Shown here piece after piece: positions 10,501 to 19,049 of a stretch of DNA of 64,000 bases. Source of the stretch: a virus; IMG/VR virus record IMGVR_UViG_3300050821_005389, positions 53,044 to 117,043 of that record. One strand, 5' to 3'. The notes below the pieces were generated by a model, which did not search any database, was not told the origin of the DNA, and saw only the letters and a list, made by a program, of their open reading frames with translations. Both the position numbers and the translations under genes were made by a program. The first letter of the stretch is position 1. Each line of letters starts with the position of its first letter.

Positions 10501-12473
10501 ATCGGCACAGGCAGCATCCAAATTTGTTCAGCATTCGCGCCGGAGATAGTGGCGTTTTTCACGAATGCCACGAAGCAACCAGCGATAGTTTGGTGCAGCG
10601 GCGCTTGATTGCAATTGAAGGCATCCGTAACGTTGGGATCAAAGGCTCCGGTAGCATTAAAGTTAGTCGGAGAATTGTTTTGGCAGGAGTTATTGGATAG
10701 CGCAGTACAAAACGTATTCTTGAATCCGGTCGGACCGGTAGGCGACGTAAGCGACGATATATTTAAATCAGTCCAGGTTCCCGCTTGCCACTGGGCTAAT
10801 GTAGTGCTGCCGCAACTTCCACCGCTGGGCCTGAACGCCCAAGTATGCGCCGCCGGAGCCTGACCGTCTACTAACATGACTTCATTAAGCGAACAAATAT
10901 AGCTCATTAACGGATTCATAGTAGGCGGCGGTTGATTGACTGGACAGCTCGAATAGCAATTATCTTGTACTCGCTTCCACGTTCCTGCTGTAGCAGAAGT
11001 CAGGTTAAGAACCCAAGTGTCATTAAAAGTAGTAGCCGCCGTATTTGTATACTGAAACCCGAACATTATGAGATTTCCGTTACCGTCGCCAGGAATAGTA
11101 GATTGTGATTGCGCCCAACGCGGATAAGGATAGGTTCCACCCGAGAAGTTCGTCGTCGGACACGGATAAGTACCGCCGCTACCAGGCGCAGTTTCGAGAT
11201 TTGTCCATGTTCCTGTATTGATGGCGTATAACAGTGTTTCGCATTGGCTATTAGATGACCAAGCGCCCCCAAAAAAGACTAGGACGTTGTATTTCGCGTC
11301 GTAACCCGTTAGAGGAAAATTGTACCCACAGGCTTGACTAACAGTACAGGGAATACCGTTCCCAGCGGGTGTAGAAACCTGCGCGTTTGGCGTAGCGCAC
11401 CAAGTTCCAGCAGCAATGCCGCATATTGCGTTAAACACGTAACACTTCGCCCCTGTTGTGCATCCAGACGTCGAATTATTTTCCACGGCTTCGTACAAAT
11501 CCATTATTCCAGCATGAGTAGTATAAATACGTGTTGCTCCGCCGCTACTATCACCCACGCCTGCGCCCATCCAGAAATTTCCGTTTTTATCAAAAGCGGA
11601 TCCTTCCGAGTGCCGTCCAACAGGCGTGAGTGGCGCGTCCGCAGGCCCAATGATTTTAGTCGGCGCTGGTTGTGCGCCAGAAGTGGTACAAGCTGGAGGA
11701 GAAGTACACGTATAAGACATTATTTGCGGGGTATTAGGCTCGTTATAAGTAAATTGTTGGCACAAATAAGTCGGAGTAGTCGGACTTCCGATACAATTGG
11801 ATACGCTAGCAATTTGGTATTGTCCGTTATAAGCGCAATCCGGTGAGCTGCCATTCATGATACCAGTATTGTCTACGCCTACGGTCGTACAATTAGTAGG
11901 AAGAGGGCCGACATATTGCGGGGCGTTTCCGCCCCCGACACTTATCGTAGATGGTCCTGCGCACCACGGCCAAGGATTAGCTACGCTGGCACAAAAAGAT
12001 CTCGTACCCGCTGCGGTAGTAATCACAGTGACAACGCCAGCAGACCAGCTGATCGATTGAATAGCTGTTCCGATGACAGAACCGTTTCCGCCGTTTTGGT
12101 GAAGCATACTGTCGTATAAAAGAAACATTCCGCCTGAAGTTCCGCCAGGGGAAGGACAAGTATTATTAGTGTTATTTGGATCGTAGGCGAATAACGATTG
12201 ACCCCACTCGTGACCGCCGCTTTGATTATCAGGCCACCAGGATTCGAGCATCCCATCTCCCGGATTGTACAGCAACGTCTGTTGTGCCGTCTGACTAGCC
12301 GGGACAGTACAATAAGGCACGTAAGTGTTCGAGGGAGCGCCACCACCGGTAGGATTAGGCGGAAATCCATTCGCGCCGTAGACTTTTTGCGACCAGGGGA
12401 ATTGAGCTTTAGCCAACGGACAGAAAGCGAGAAAAACAAGAACAGCTAGAAGTCTTTTAAATTTAAATGTCAA
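4557..12473 (-). CDS. 2638-aa secreted multidomain protein: kelch-like propeller, YetA/PL26-like lyase core, inserted beta-helix, chitobiase-C/Fn3-associated domain
   Basis: Signal peptide (KRLLAVLVFLAFCPLAKA-Q); kelch-like LVFFGG/NDTWVL; PVTVGVP...WPSG..K.LL.DF, IEEAGS.R, H.W..G...YYLTGD; DITTQINLSTAGDTVYVPGG...YTYPHPL; TFAPAGGTY...YTTDGSTPT. Confidence 0.7.
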   Translation of the reverse strand: MTFKFKRLLAVLVFLAFCPLAKAQFPWSQKVYGANGFPPNPTGGGAPSNTYVPYCTVPASQTAQQTLLYNPGDGMLESWWPDNQSGGHEWGQSLFAYDPNNTNNTCPSPGGTSGGMFLLYDSMLHQNGGNGSVIGTAIQSISWSAGVVTVITTAAGTRSFCASVANPWPWCAGPSTISVGGGNAPQYVGPLPTNCTTVGVDNTGIMNGSSPDCAYNGQYQIASVSNCIGSPTTPTYLCQQFTYNEPNTPQIMSYTCTSPPACTTSGAQPAPTKIIGPADAPLTPVGRHSEGSAFDKNGNFWMGAGVGDSSGGATRIYTTHAGIMDLYEAVENNSTSGCTTGAKCYVFNAICGIAAGTWCATPNAQVSTPAGNGIPCTVSQACGYNFPLTGYDAKYNVLVFFGGAWSSNSQCETLLYAINTGTWTNLETAPGSGGTYPCPTTNFSGGTYPYPRWAQSQSTIPGDGNGNLIMFGFQYTNTAATTFNDTWVLNLTSATAGTWKRVQDNCYSSCPVNQPPPTMNPLMSYICSLNEVMLVDGQAPAAHTWAFRPSGGSCGSTTLAQWQAGTWTDLNISSLTSPTGPTGFKNTFCTALSNNSCQNNSPTNFNATGAFDPNVTDAFNCNQAPLHQTIAGCFVAFVKNATISGANAEQIWMLPVPITSSGALAPLTVQNKCWPGSTCPSGTDTNLPVTVGVPVAESVGANGCQDFQLQVNSVAQNWSCQILANWPSGKTKVLLADFQESTFTSGPTGVDSSHVLTYTPATGGNQPSANLAINCTAPNTPDLYCPDSNHIIVRTIGAAATSNGVCSPSAISACFSIKKNNFNLFDAVDINCGNLACTTAGTGIYHFVATGSHGANDGIRILGPTPGQSGVTNQVSCAAGCNTAYLSNQDSTSTATIEEAGSMRTAILVNTLPNDGSGDTYVACHVRMHFYAGRSDVKIVSVCPQNAQQPGSLTAPGNDLQTAYKQYKSAELIVTWAGLSVNANWGIGNHTTVPTTGTTLSGTQVADLTTGFQNKHLASDIATASNGLPQCNATGTTTAANNWDCFTSPIARSTGTPCPGLTTGWFYTQCGYQINLGTIGTQTTQFSGQASQYPAGWADVDNGVQGVEIGIDDLAAHWPKALELASGGAELHVAIAPDQSLFLGGGGQDYVCSYTYYCNDTNTLWFFHPAVVSGSNYAAANEEFLDFQHPLIARAPVAYYNQACSASTPVCFFPNQIPDPSQEDAYHLSIGLACSQTVANSPGQCLDDVQDQQNVVAITSGAGTPTITVPNTTDAYSSSPATVVSFYGCTGGCSPATLTVTAVTSTTLKFGSNNTPSTATSIAYPITAKGTQPVDMAVYPAYLWGEAGAGNQHDVMESFIQNWIQRGYNTTSGSVPGRYAYGLNFITNVADTALPHSDWTGHWRSLCTGTPAAPSCPANTFDQWGWPQKIQMILPAGTNTANMGIENWCDELTSLDHCWPAGIVEWYYLTGDRNLLDSIHQGGYDRFNLQLGYSNGLTGPNPGHGNMGVTRATGHALHWISELCRFSYDTGNANYPTTGDTNSPCPGGFGTGVARTAASCSVSDITTQINLSTAGDTVYVPGGNCTWTLTSPLTLTASNLITIDGGGANINMGTTNNGNLSAVVVTTPATGLQRITNFNFTGSLNNGQSAIHVNTGNSTTGATFRLDHNTFDDGSPAAQGTIVAFSGGGAWLMDHNTLTAHHGSDELVHNSWFGTFPTGWTNDYVPGGPVSGFFEDNTCTYLSTSGFFDASSCIENFSAARITARHNTLNNMQFDAHGSGGSVSCTPTDSENSTRFWELYNNTYNTFAGINQSNYTSLRGGSGIEFNETVTGGNTIQGAFEYTEDCQPGATYPLQTQIGRGINQTSSPAYIWGISGNTALWKLFNGNTTYIQSGASVGACASVSPNHNPCDLVLPASAPATLNRCESAADQSAGCPVVYTYTPYTYPHPLITPVGKATGISLAGENIIAYVVQNPQIDAGFPLGLTDSTNCPDGFITGGQGAGPCSSGISPVRGFQYNGVSDSFIATIPISSISVTSAGPPTVVTAACTNVYPTDSTGANCDGISTSSGSPTPVYVSGVTPVAFDCHPVGCASAYVTGTNVTITYSSNTPTGTGSPSGCTGLSSGATCGVSPGPSSAATMQINAAIPPGDDPTNHATTKAFMTSQLEEGIFEFAQTEEYIRGYDWSGVTFTGVLNGTSSNTQILSDRSLLQSAYAIGNYIDQEHFQPKTLWNPGGLGYDNFHHFLNTTPPAFTGGPAKLSLPNGVANGTSYGDWGYGLCGVVGPKIGIPSNSTTAANEWQPDYELYLQLVQSIGGSYPQERYSHQYYVTDNCILKGSALTSQYTPDTNVATLQPMQGFTVNGLAGGHCNGPSTCNTNWASSTSIPFLLPAPNGNPTPYWFLTYSCVANSNAAGGCGNSTPNGLQIVNWQKFHNNCQTSSLTIECTNGTGLIANNPCNGGLNAALDPVTGQSPGCWEPGVTPDKTVNFFASTPVYPQPLSTATSQSFSCASGLVCTAALFAYQQQQSTTPTVSQVTFAPAGGTYTGSQNVTLSVTTPGSVTICYTTDGSTPTEVSHVCSGGTTQTYIGTAIPVATGTTVLTAIGTLTGFNDTTPPSQATYIINSGTIPPPPTGLTGVVN

Positions 12474-12823
12474 TTATTATTCTCCATCAACAATTTAACT
12501 TGTACAATTTGACCTGGTGCGACATAAGTCGCATAAGGAGGATCTTTTAAAAATCGCGGTGCCCAGAAGCCATTTTGAATCATTTGTTTAATTTTCTCTG
12601 TTAACTTGTCTTCGGGCAAATCAACCGTCAGCGAAGTCTTAAATCCGTCGTCAAAACAACAATCTGTCTTCAGATAAACCCTGGCTCGAATCGTAGCCGG
12701 TTTTTCAAATTCATCCTTGAACTCTTCCCACAACTGGTTCCGAGTCATTTTACTAAACCGGCGAATCATCGCACGACGTGCCCGAAGCCTGATTTCTTCT
12801 CTACGCCGTCTAGCACCGTTCAA
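12470..12823 (-). CDS. Hypothetical protein
   Basis: ORF with 4-bp overlaps to both neighbours. Confidence 0.55.
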   Translation of the reverse strand: MNGARRRREEIRLRARRAMIRRFSKMTRNQLWEEFKDEFEKPATIRARVYLKTDCCFDDGFKTSLTVDLPEDKLTEKIKQMIQNGFWAPRFLKDPPYATYVAPGQIVQVKLLMENNN

Positions 12824-13059
12824 ATCTTTTTGCCTTTATAAACGAGGAAGCAGCGGAGATCTTTGTCGTCACCTTTGATTAAACCGATTCCATCCAAGAT
12901 AAGGAACTCTTGTTGTCCTTTAGTCACGACTCGCACGTCTTGATAACCTACTGCGATCAGTTTCGATTTAATTTCTTCGTAAGTTTCCGCCGTTAATGCC
13001 AGCGTGCTCTCGACTTTACTTTCGCTTTTTGTCGGCATCGTGTTCGGCGAGGATTTCAC
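12820..13059 (-). CDS. Hypothetical protein
   Basis: Coupled ORF; start uncertain. Confidence 0.45.
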   Translation of the reverse strand: MKSSPNTMPTKSESKVESTLALTAETYEEIKSKLIAVGYQDVRVVTKGQQEFLILDGIGLIKGDDKDLRCFLVYKGKKI

Positions 13060-13330
13060 GGACTACTTTGGCGATTTCTTCTTTCTTTTTAGCTTCTGCT
13101 GTTTGTTTATTAAGTTCGTCGGTGATCCAATTAAGATGGTGGAGTACGCCATCAAAAAATAAATTTTCCGGTCTAGGAAGTTTTAGAGTAGGGTGGTTTA
13201 GAGCCGCAGTCAAAAAATTTCTAATTCCAGCATTTTTCTCGTCTAAATACCTATCGTACCTATTCGCTTTCTCAATTGCGCTATTTAAATCATCGGTCAG
13301 TTCGTCGATTCGGTGATAGTTGAACATCAC
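13016..13330 (-). CDS. Hypothetical protein
   Basis: GGAG RBS; GTGA overlap with upstream gene. Confidence 0.55.
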   Translation of the reverse strand: MMFNYHRIDELTDDLNSAIEKANRYDRYLDEKNAGIRNFLTAALNHPTLKLPRPENLFFDGVLHHLNWITDELNKQTAEAKKKEEIAKVVREILAEHDADKKRK

Positions 13331-13809
13331 TCTCCTTGTCCGTCAGTAATAGTTTTCTCGCACCACATGCAAACTGGTACAGGTTCTATCTGTTCAAGCA
13401 TATCATAAACAGGCTGAAAACAAAAGGTACACCGTACGTCGGGCGGACTAGGCGGTTCAAATGGCTTGAACGGAACTTCATACCGTTGCTCCGGTTCGGA
13501 TTGCTTAAATTGTGGTCTAATTGCCTTTTGTCGTTTCTTGGCATCTTTTAATAACGCCTGTTTTTCTTTACCCTCGGTTACCAGTTGGCTAAACTTGGCT
13601 AGCGCGTCTTGCGCTATCTTTATGCCCGAAGCTGGCTGGTGCTTCTGGAGATACTTCAGGCACTTTAGTCTAGTAGTATACCATATCCAACTGGGCGGTC
13701 CGGTTGTACGGAAGCCGGCCGCCTTGGCTGCGTCCAGATCATCTCGAAAATAGTTTGAGTCGAATTGCAGTTCAAATTGGTTATCCTTACTGTTCCAGAT
13801 AATCCGCAT
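13327..13809 (-). CDS. Hypothetical protein with C-terminal CxxC..CxxC zinc site
   Basis: CTFC...CMWC; coupled to neighbours. Confidence 0.55.
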   Translation of the reverse strand: MRIIWNSKDNQFELQFDSNYFRDDLDAAKAAGFRTTGPPSWIWYTTRLKCLKYLQKHQPASGIKIAQDALAKFSQLVTEGKEKQALLKDAKKRQKAIRPQFKQSEPEQRYEVPFKPFEPPSPPDVRCTFCFQPVYDMLEQIEPVPVCMWCEKTITDGQGE

Positions 13810-14030
13810 TAGACAAGAGCGGAGTCCACTTGCATCTTTAAACTTTCAAAAATCGACCGATGCGTTTGCATCTTTCTGCGATATTCTCGAAGAGCACCGT
13901 CTATTACTCGAAGATACTGCTTGGCGACTTCCGGATCGTTCGCCGTTTTGACACCGAGATAATCATAGCCAGCGCTGTCGATCCACTGCTCCAGGAATCC
14001 GATTGCGTAAGCTGTTGCTTCGTCACCCAT
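13809..14030 (-). CDS. Hypothetical protein
   Basis: GAGG RBS, coupled ORF. Confidence 0.5.
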   Translation of the reverse strand: MGDEATAYAIGFLEQWIDSAGYDYLGVKTANDPEVAKQYLRVIDGALREYRRKMQTHRSIFESLKMQVDSALV

Positions 14031-14232
14031 CTTTTACCTCACTTGCGCCGTTACCGTTTTCTTTTTTCTTTAAAGCTGTTTTTCTTTTGGCTTCCCGCCA
14101 AGCCTTCCGTTCCTCATGTCTTTCCTTGTGCATATGATATACACCGCGTTCATATCGTCTTATCGCTTCGCCTTGGATAACGATCCATATTAATAATGCG
14201 ATTTCAATCCAAAGAGCTATTTTCTCTTGCAT
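14023..14232 (-). CDS. Small membrane protein (holin candidate)
   Basis: N-terminal hydrophobic helix IALWIEIALLIWIVI and a basic tail; near the endolysin. Confidence 0.4.
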   Translation of the reverse strand: MQEKIALWIEIALLIWIVIQGEAIRRYERGVYHMHKERHEERKAWREAKRKTALKKKENGNGASEVKDG

Positions 14233-14519
14233 TTATTTTTATCGTCTTTCGGTTCTTCCGATAAGATGATTAAATATTCTTGATTCAACTGTTGTATTTC
14301 GTCGTGGTGACGCTTTTCTACCAACCGTCGTTTTTCCTGGTGAGCCAGTCTTTTTAATAACCAATTACGATATTTTTGGCCCACTTAGCTCCTTTGGTTT
14401 AAAAGCTTCCAGTTGCGTCATTCGATCACTCAATACGACTTTAGCGGCCATATAGTCACGTTCAAGTCTGCGTTCATCGTCGTAAATCTTTTGGCGCTCT
14501 TTACTGTATTCTTCCCAAG

Positions 14520-15047
14520 TCACGAATTTATCCGGCGAATCCAACTGCTAATAAATGACCGCTCGTTAGGATTATTGCTGGCTGCTTGGATAGCGTTGGC
14601 TACTAATCGCGTTTTATAAGCTACTAAGAGAGACACAGGTTCAGAAGCGTTCACAGCAGCTAAAGTACGTTGTCCGAATTGCATATCCGGGACTACTTCC
14701 GGAAATTGTGGTTGAAGAATTTCCTGGAGATCTTTTACGGCTCGCGGTGGTCCGAATAGCACGCCTACGTCAAAAACTTTATTGCAGACGAACTGATCTT
14801 TAATTTGTTCGTACAAAGGATTCCAAAATTCTTTCGGGGACGTGAAATAAAGTTCTTTAGCGCGATCTACGGTCAAATTTTCTATATCTTCAGTAGGGAA
14901 TTGTGATGCAGAGATACCGTACTTAGTCCCCTTTAACTCACCTACGTTTACTTGACCGCCAGTCCAGTTGCCTTTATCTGAAGGGATTTTTTGAAATCCC
15001 CCTTCGTTGACGAGCGTAAGGGCGACTGAAATATCAAAATTACCCAC
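14520..15047 (-). CDS. Endolysin, glycoside hydrolase family 108
   Basis: EGGF...DKGNWT...GTKYGIS, FDVGV..G, LQ...G.RTLAA, W..R. GTG at 15047 with GGAGG is the preferred start. Confidence 0.85.
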   Translation of the reverse strand: MGNFDISVALTLVNEGGFQKIPSDKGNWTGGQVNVGELKGTKYGISASQFPTEDIENLTVDRAKELYFTSPKEFWNPLYEQIKDQFVCNKVFDVGVLFGPPRAVKDLQEILQPQFPEVVPDMQFGQRTLAAVNASEPVSLLVAYKTRLVANAIQAASNNPNERSFISSWIRRINS

Positions 15048-15219
15048 TAGAGTTCCGCCTCCTCGCCCCAACGAGTCGCAGGTTGCGGACCCGCTGACCT
15101 TTCATATGCACAAGCGCGACAGGACCAACCGTTCCCTGGAGGACTACCAGGACGATCATAGACGTAGAGAATCATTTCTTCTTTATGTTTTTCACAAACC
15201 GGCGGATTTTGTAAATTAT

Positions 15220-16181
15220 TTAAGGAATGTATGGACATTTGTCGTACTCTCCGGGTATGTATTCATCATTTACTAATTCTCCCGTATTTTTAATCACTTG
15301 AATAGCTCGGTCATCCCATATTTCTAATACGTTATGAGTTTTCATACAGGTGATAGGAAGCTTTACTCCTACGTATTTTAAACACCATTTGTCAAGGCGT
15401 TTACAAAGTTCATTTAATTCTTCTCGGGTTTGTAAATTACCGTGTCTATCAAAAGGATTAACTCGGGCCGTAAAAAGTCGAACCTCGATACCAACAAAAA
15501 GCCATTTTTTAACGCGATCAAGCATCAATTCAACGGGTTTTCCTAAAGGGCCATTCCATTTTTTGGTTCTTCCAACAGCTAAAGTTCCGTCAAAATCGAC
15601 TGCCACATAGCCCTTATTTTCTACCCCACCACCCCCATTTAGCAATTTCTTTTTTTGTAAAGTAATTGCTATCGGTCGCCATCTAAAAACGTCCTTGGTT
15701 TTTTTCCGGTGACACGGGGAACAAAGTGTCAAACCATTCGAAACATCGTATCGAAAGTCCTTAAAATACGCCCACGGCAATATGTGGTGGGCTTCCTTAG
15801 TTCCCGATTTTTTACTACACTCAACACAAATGTATTTATCTCTTTCAAATACAGCCTTTCTCCATTGTCGATACTCTACTGTTGTAAGATCGGCTTTACG
15901 TCTCTTCGTGACTCCACCTCGCCAGTTCGAATTCTTTTCTTTACTTCTAGATTTCCTTAAACACACTTTAGAACACGTACTAAATCTTTTACTGATACTC
16001 CTACCTTTTATAAAAACTGTTCCGCAAACCTTACAAGTAAATTTTGAACTCGCATCTTAGCAAAAGTTTGTTCTCGCCATGCTAACCGACAAACCGAAGA
16101 ACAGAAATGATGCTTAGATTTTTTAACTTGGGAGACCCTGTGATCAGCTTCTCGACTGCATAATTCACAAACAACAATCAC
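15220..16181 (-). CDS. Zn-finger/HNH endonuclease fused to a HAD phosphatase; needs a -1 frameshift near 16040
   Basis: 57-aa ORF 16181-16008 (CELC...FCSSVC) continues in the -1 frame as FTCKVCG...CSKVC, then HNH (WRKAVFERD..C..C...HHI...NGLTLC..CH), then HAD (DFDGTL, FTAR, WDDRA). Confidence 0.65.
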
Positions 16182-16716
16182 TAGATTCCTTCAAATGTTC
16201 TGTAAGAATATGATTCAAAGAAAGATGAAAGTCTTCTATAATTCCGTAGTCAACACTTGAACAAACTAGAGCAACGTCGGTTAAATCGATTAACTTTCCG
16301 CCAGCCATCCCTATCAAACCTATAATGTAGGCGCCTTTCTCATTAGCATAGCTTGCGGCCGAAAGAATATTGGGCGACGTACCAGATGCTGAGATAGCTA
16401 TCAAAACATCTTCTTCCTGTATCAAAGTTTTCAACTGGTTAGCAAAAACTTGTTCATAAGAATCGTCATTGGACCAAGCTGTAATCGCTGATGCATCTGT
16501 CAGACTGATAGCTCGAAGTCCTCCGACCTTGTTGAGATCCAAAGCCATATGCGAAGCTGTGCTGGCACTTCCGCCGTTGCCGATAATGAAAACGTTTTTG
16601 TTCTTTTCCCTGGTTTCAGTAAGCAAGATAGCCGCGTAATCCAACTCTTCAAAAGACAATTCTTCCCAACATTGCTGTAAGCCTTCCCGATAAAACTGTG
16701 TTTTAGCTTCCAACAT
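16165..16716 (-). CDS. gmhA: Sedoheptulose-7-phosphate isomerase (SIS domain)
   Basis: GNGGSAS.ASH, TA.SND..Y..VF..Q, ISASG.S.N, IED.H. Confidence 0.85.
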   Translation of the reverse strand: MLEAKTQFYREGLQQCWEELSFEELDYAAILLTETREKNKNVFIIGNGGSASTASHMALDLNKVGGLRAISLTDASAITAWSNDDSYEQVFANQLKTLIQEEDVLIAISASGTSPNILSAASYANEKGAYIIGLIGMAGGKLIDLTDVALVCSSVDYGIIEDFHLSLNHILTEHLKESSDCCL

Positions 16717-17656
16717 AAATAATCTTACTCCCTTCCGGCTCGAAGTTAAAAGGAATTCGACGCAAAGGCCACACGGCTCGTTCTATTGCCCGTTGATGTT
16801 TCATCTCGCTAAAAAACAGAAGAAAGCCAGTCTGGCCAGCGCCGAGCAACTTACCGCCTAACGCTCCTACCCGCCTAGCTTTGGCATAATAATCATCGAT
16901 CGTAGAATTGGTTACACCGCCCATTTGCTTCTTAAACGTCCAGCCAGCGTCTAGTACCTCGCCTAGCTGTCTTATGTCCGAATTACCCGTTAAAATACCC
17001 CAGAAGTCGTCGACTAGTCTCCGGAGATGCTTTAAAGGGGTCAAATTGGTGTCCTGAAGCACGCTGGAAGCCTCTCTATAACCACCGACATAGAACATCG
17101 ATAAATTACTAAAAAACACCTTACGGCGCTCCGGTGAGCAGATCAATGGATTAACAAATACCGAGCCGTCAGAATTGAACTCATATTTCTTTAAACCACC
17201 GTAGCTAGCGGCATATTGGTCTTGTTTGCCTATCTTCTTTTCTAACACATCCAGTTCAATTTTGCAAGCCTGTCGGGCTAAATGTTCCGCTGTTTGCATC
17301 CTGCCGCGATAGCCATAAAGAGCGTTCAAAAGTCCTACCGCAAAACTAGAAGAAGAACCTAAACCGGTACCAGTTGGAACGTCGGCTACGGCAGTAATTT
17401 CAACGCCGCTGGTGACACCGGCTTCGCGCATCGTTTCTCGGAATAAATCGTTCTCGAGATTGTCGACAGTATCAACGAGCTCGGTTTGCGAGTAACTCGC
17501 TCTTATGCTCGAGTCGAATCGTTTATTAACAGCTATGTAAACGTAGCGATCAAAACTAGTACTAATTACCGCTCCTGGAACTTCTTTATAGAAAGCTGGA
17601 AGATCCGTTCCGCCGCCAACAAACGAAATTCTTAGCGGTGTTTTACTTATAATCAC
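16703..17656 (-). CDS. hddA: D-glycero-alpha-D-manno-heptose-7-phosphate kinase (GHMP family)
   Basis: TPLRISFVGGGTD, P.GTGLGSSS, GKQDQYAA.YGG, GGKLLGAG..GF. Confidence 0.85.
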   Translation of the reverse strand: MIISKTPLRISFVGGGTDLPAFYKEVPGAVISTSFDRYVYIAVNKRFDSSIRASYSQTELVDTVDNLENDLFRETMREAGVTSGVEITAVADVPTGTGLGSSSSFAVGLLNALYGYRGRMQTAEHLARQACKIELDVLEKKIGKQDQYAASYGGLKKYEFNSDGSVFVNPLICSPERRKVFFSNLSMFYVGGYREASSVLQDTNLTPLKHLRRLVDDFWGILTGNSDIRQLGEVLDAGWTFKKQMGGVTNSTIDDYYAKARRVGALGGKLLGAGQTGFLLFFSEMKHQRAIERAVWPLRRIPFNFEPEGSKIIYVGS

Positions 17657-18450
17657 AACAATCCGGCTTGCCGAGCCGAAGAAACATCCAAAGATACGAA
17701 GTCGATTTCTCCTTCTCGCTTGGGTTTATAAACGACCTCTACGTTGCGTTCTCGACCGTATTGTTGCGCTATGAAACTAACCTTAGTTTCTACACCGCTA
17801 CCTATGTTATACGTGCCGAACGGCCCTCCGTATTTAGCGGCCTGTACAAAGGCTTGGCAGACAGTTTCGATTCGAACGAAGTCCCGGCACTGATCACCGC
17901 CATACACAACGATAGGATCATCTTTTCGGAAATGCGTATGCGCAGCCCACTCGGCGCGATCTTCATCGTGTCCGCCATAAACATTTCCTAAACGGAGAAT
18001 ACAGTGATTATTAGGACAAAGACGACGGATTATTTCTTCGGCCAGAAACTTAGATTGACCGTATGGCGAACGGCACCCAGCCCAAGAAGCCTCATTTTCC
18101 TTAGCGAAGTGTCGATCGCCATAAATGGCTCCGCCAGTTGAAGCAAATATAAACTTTCCGATCTTGTTATTCTTGATAAAAGGAATCAATTTGAAAGCAT
18201 TGTTGTTTAGACAAGCGTACGGATCATTGAGTGATTGAGTCACGGAAGCCGATGCAGCTAAATGAATTATGGCATCGAATTCTTGATCTCTAATTTCACT
18301 AAAATCGCTGTAGTATGGATTTTGATAATCACAACATTGAAGATTCCAATCGTTCTTAAAATGAGGAAATAAATGCGATCCGATATAGCCCAACTGGCCG
18401 GTTATGAGCACTCTGTTTCCTTCATTTGTTGATAGAATTTCGGCATCCAA
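17653..18450 (-). CDS. NAD-dependent epimerase/dehydratase (GalE-like SDR)
   Basis: ITGQLGYIG, HLAA, ASTGGAIYG, YGQSK, NVYG, RDFV; true start probably near 18415. Confidence 0.85.
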   Translation of the reverse strand: MDAEILSTNEGNRVLITGQLGYIGSHLFPHFKNDWNLQCCDYQNPYYSDFSEIRDQEFDAIIHLAASASVTQSLNDPYACLNNNAFKLIPFIKNNKIGKFIFASTGGAIYGDRHFAKENEASWAGCRSPYGQSKFLAEEIIRRLCPNNHCILRLGNVYGGHDEDRAEWAAHTHFRKDDPIVVYGGDQCRDFVRIETVCQAFVQAAKYGGPFGTYNIGSGVETKVSFIAQQYGRERNVEVVYKPKREGEIDFVSLDVSSARQAGLL

Positions 18451-19049
18451 GCGGGGTCATATGGCCTCGTTCTTAACGCGCTAGGCAAGTGGAGTGTAGC
18501 CATATTGCGATCTACAACCTCCTCCGGCTTCCAACGGTAATTAACATCCCATCTCGGTAGGATCCCTTTTTCTTTTAAAGCCAACGCGACGAAGACATCC
18601 TCGGCCCATGAAGTCACCACAGAATCCACGACTATCTGCATAGCTTTTCGACTCAACCAATAGCCGGCACCACCGCTACAAAAGTAGCCCGTCTCCTCCC
18701 AGTTTTCGGCGCCGTAATAGTCATGGTTAGCGAAATCACTCGCTAGAAGGTTCTTTGGATTAACCAACGTGTCTGTGTCCGTCTTAAATAAAAATGAGTA
18801 TTCATGATCAAGCGCCCATTTACAAAGCAACTTCACTTTGGCTGGCAGACTAGGATAGAGTTTCAATCCCCGCCGCGGATCTATGACATCTTCACCTAAT
18901 TGGACTTCATCCGACTGAAGATTATCCGAATGACCTACAAAATAACGGAAGTCGATTCCTAGCGGGATATCTTTTACCCATGTTGCTCTCTGAGCGTCCT
19001 GCCAACTAGAGTGCTGCTTACAAGAGCAAATCGCCAGTAATAATTTCAA
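18402..19049 (-). CDS. Glycosyltransferase, GT31/Fringe-like
   Basis: R.TW, RYFVG, LP.K, FKTDTDT, SGGAGYWLS..A, EDVFV. Confidence 0.75.
   Translation of the reverse strand: MKLLLAICSCKQHSSWQDAQRATWVKDIPLGIDFRYFVGHSDNLQSDEVQLGEDVIDPRRGLKLYPSLPAKVKLLCKWALDHEYSFLFKTDTDTLVNPKNLLASDFANHDYYGAENWEETGYFCSGGAGYWLSRKAMQIVVDSVVTSWAEDVFVALALKEKGILPRWDVNYRWKPEEVVDRNMATLHLPSALRTRPYDPAWMPKFYQQMKETECS

Noticed and set aside
4753-12449. Many short ORFs inside the 2638-aa gene
   Set aside because: Shadow frames without RBS or recognisable motifs
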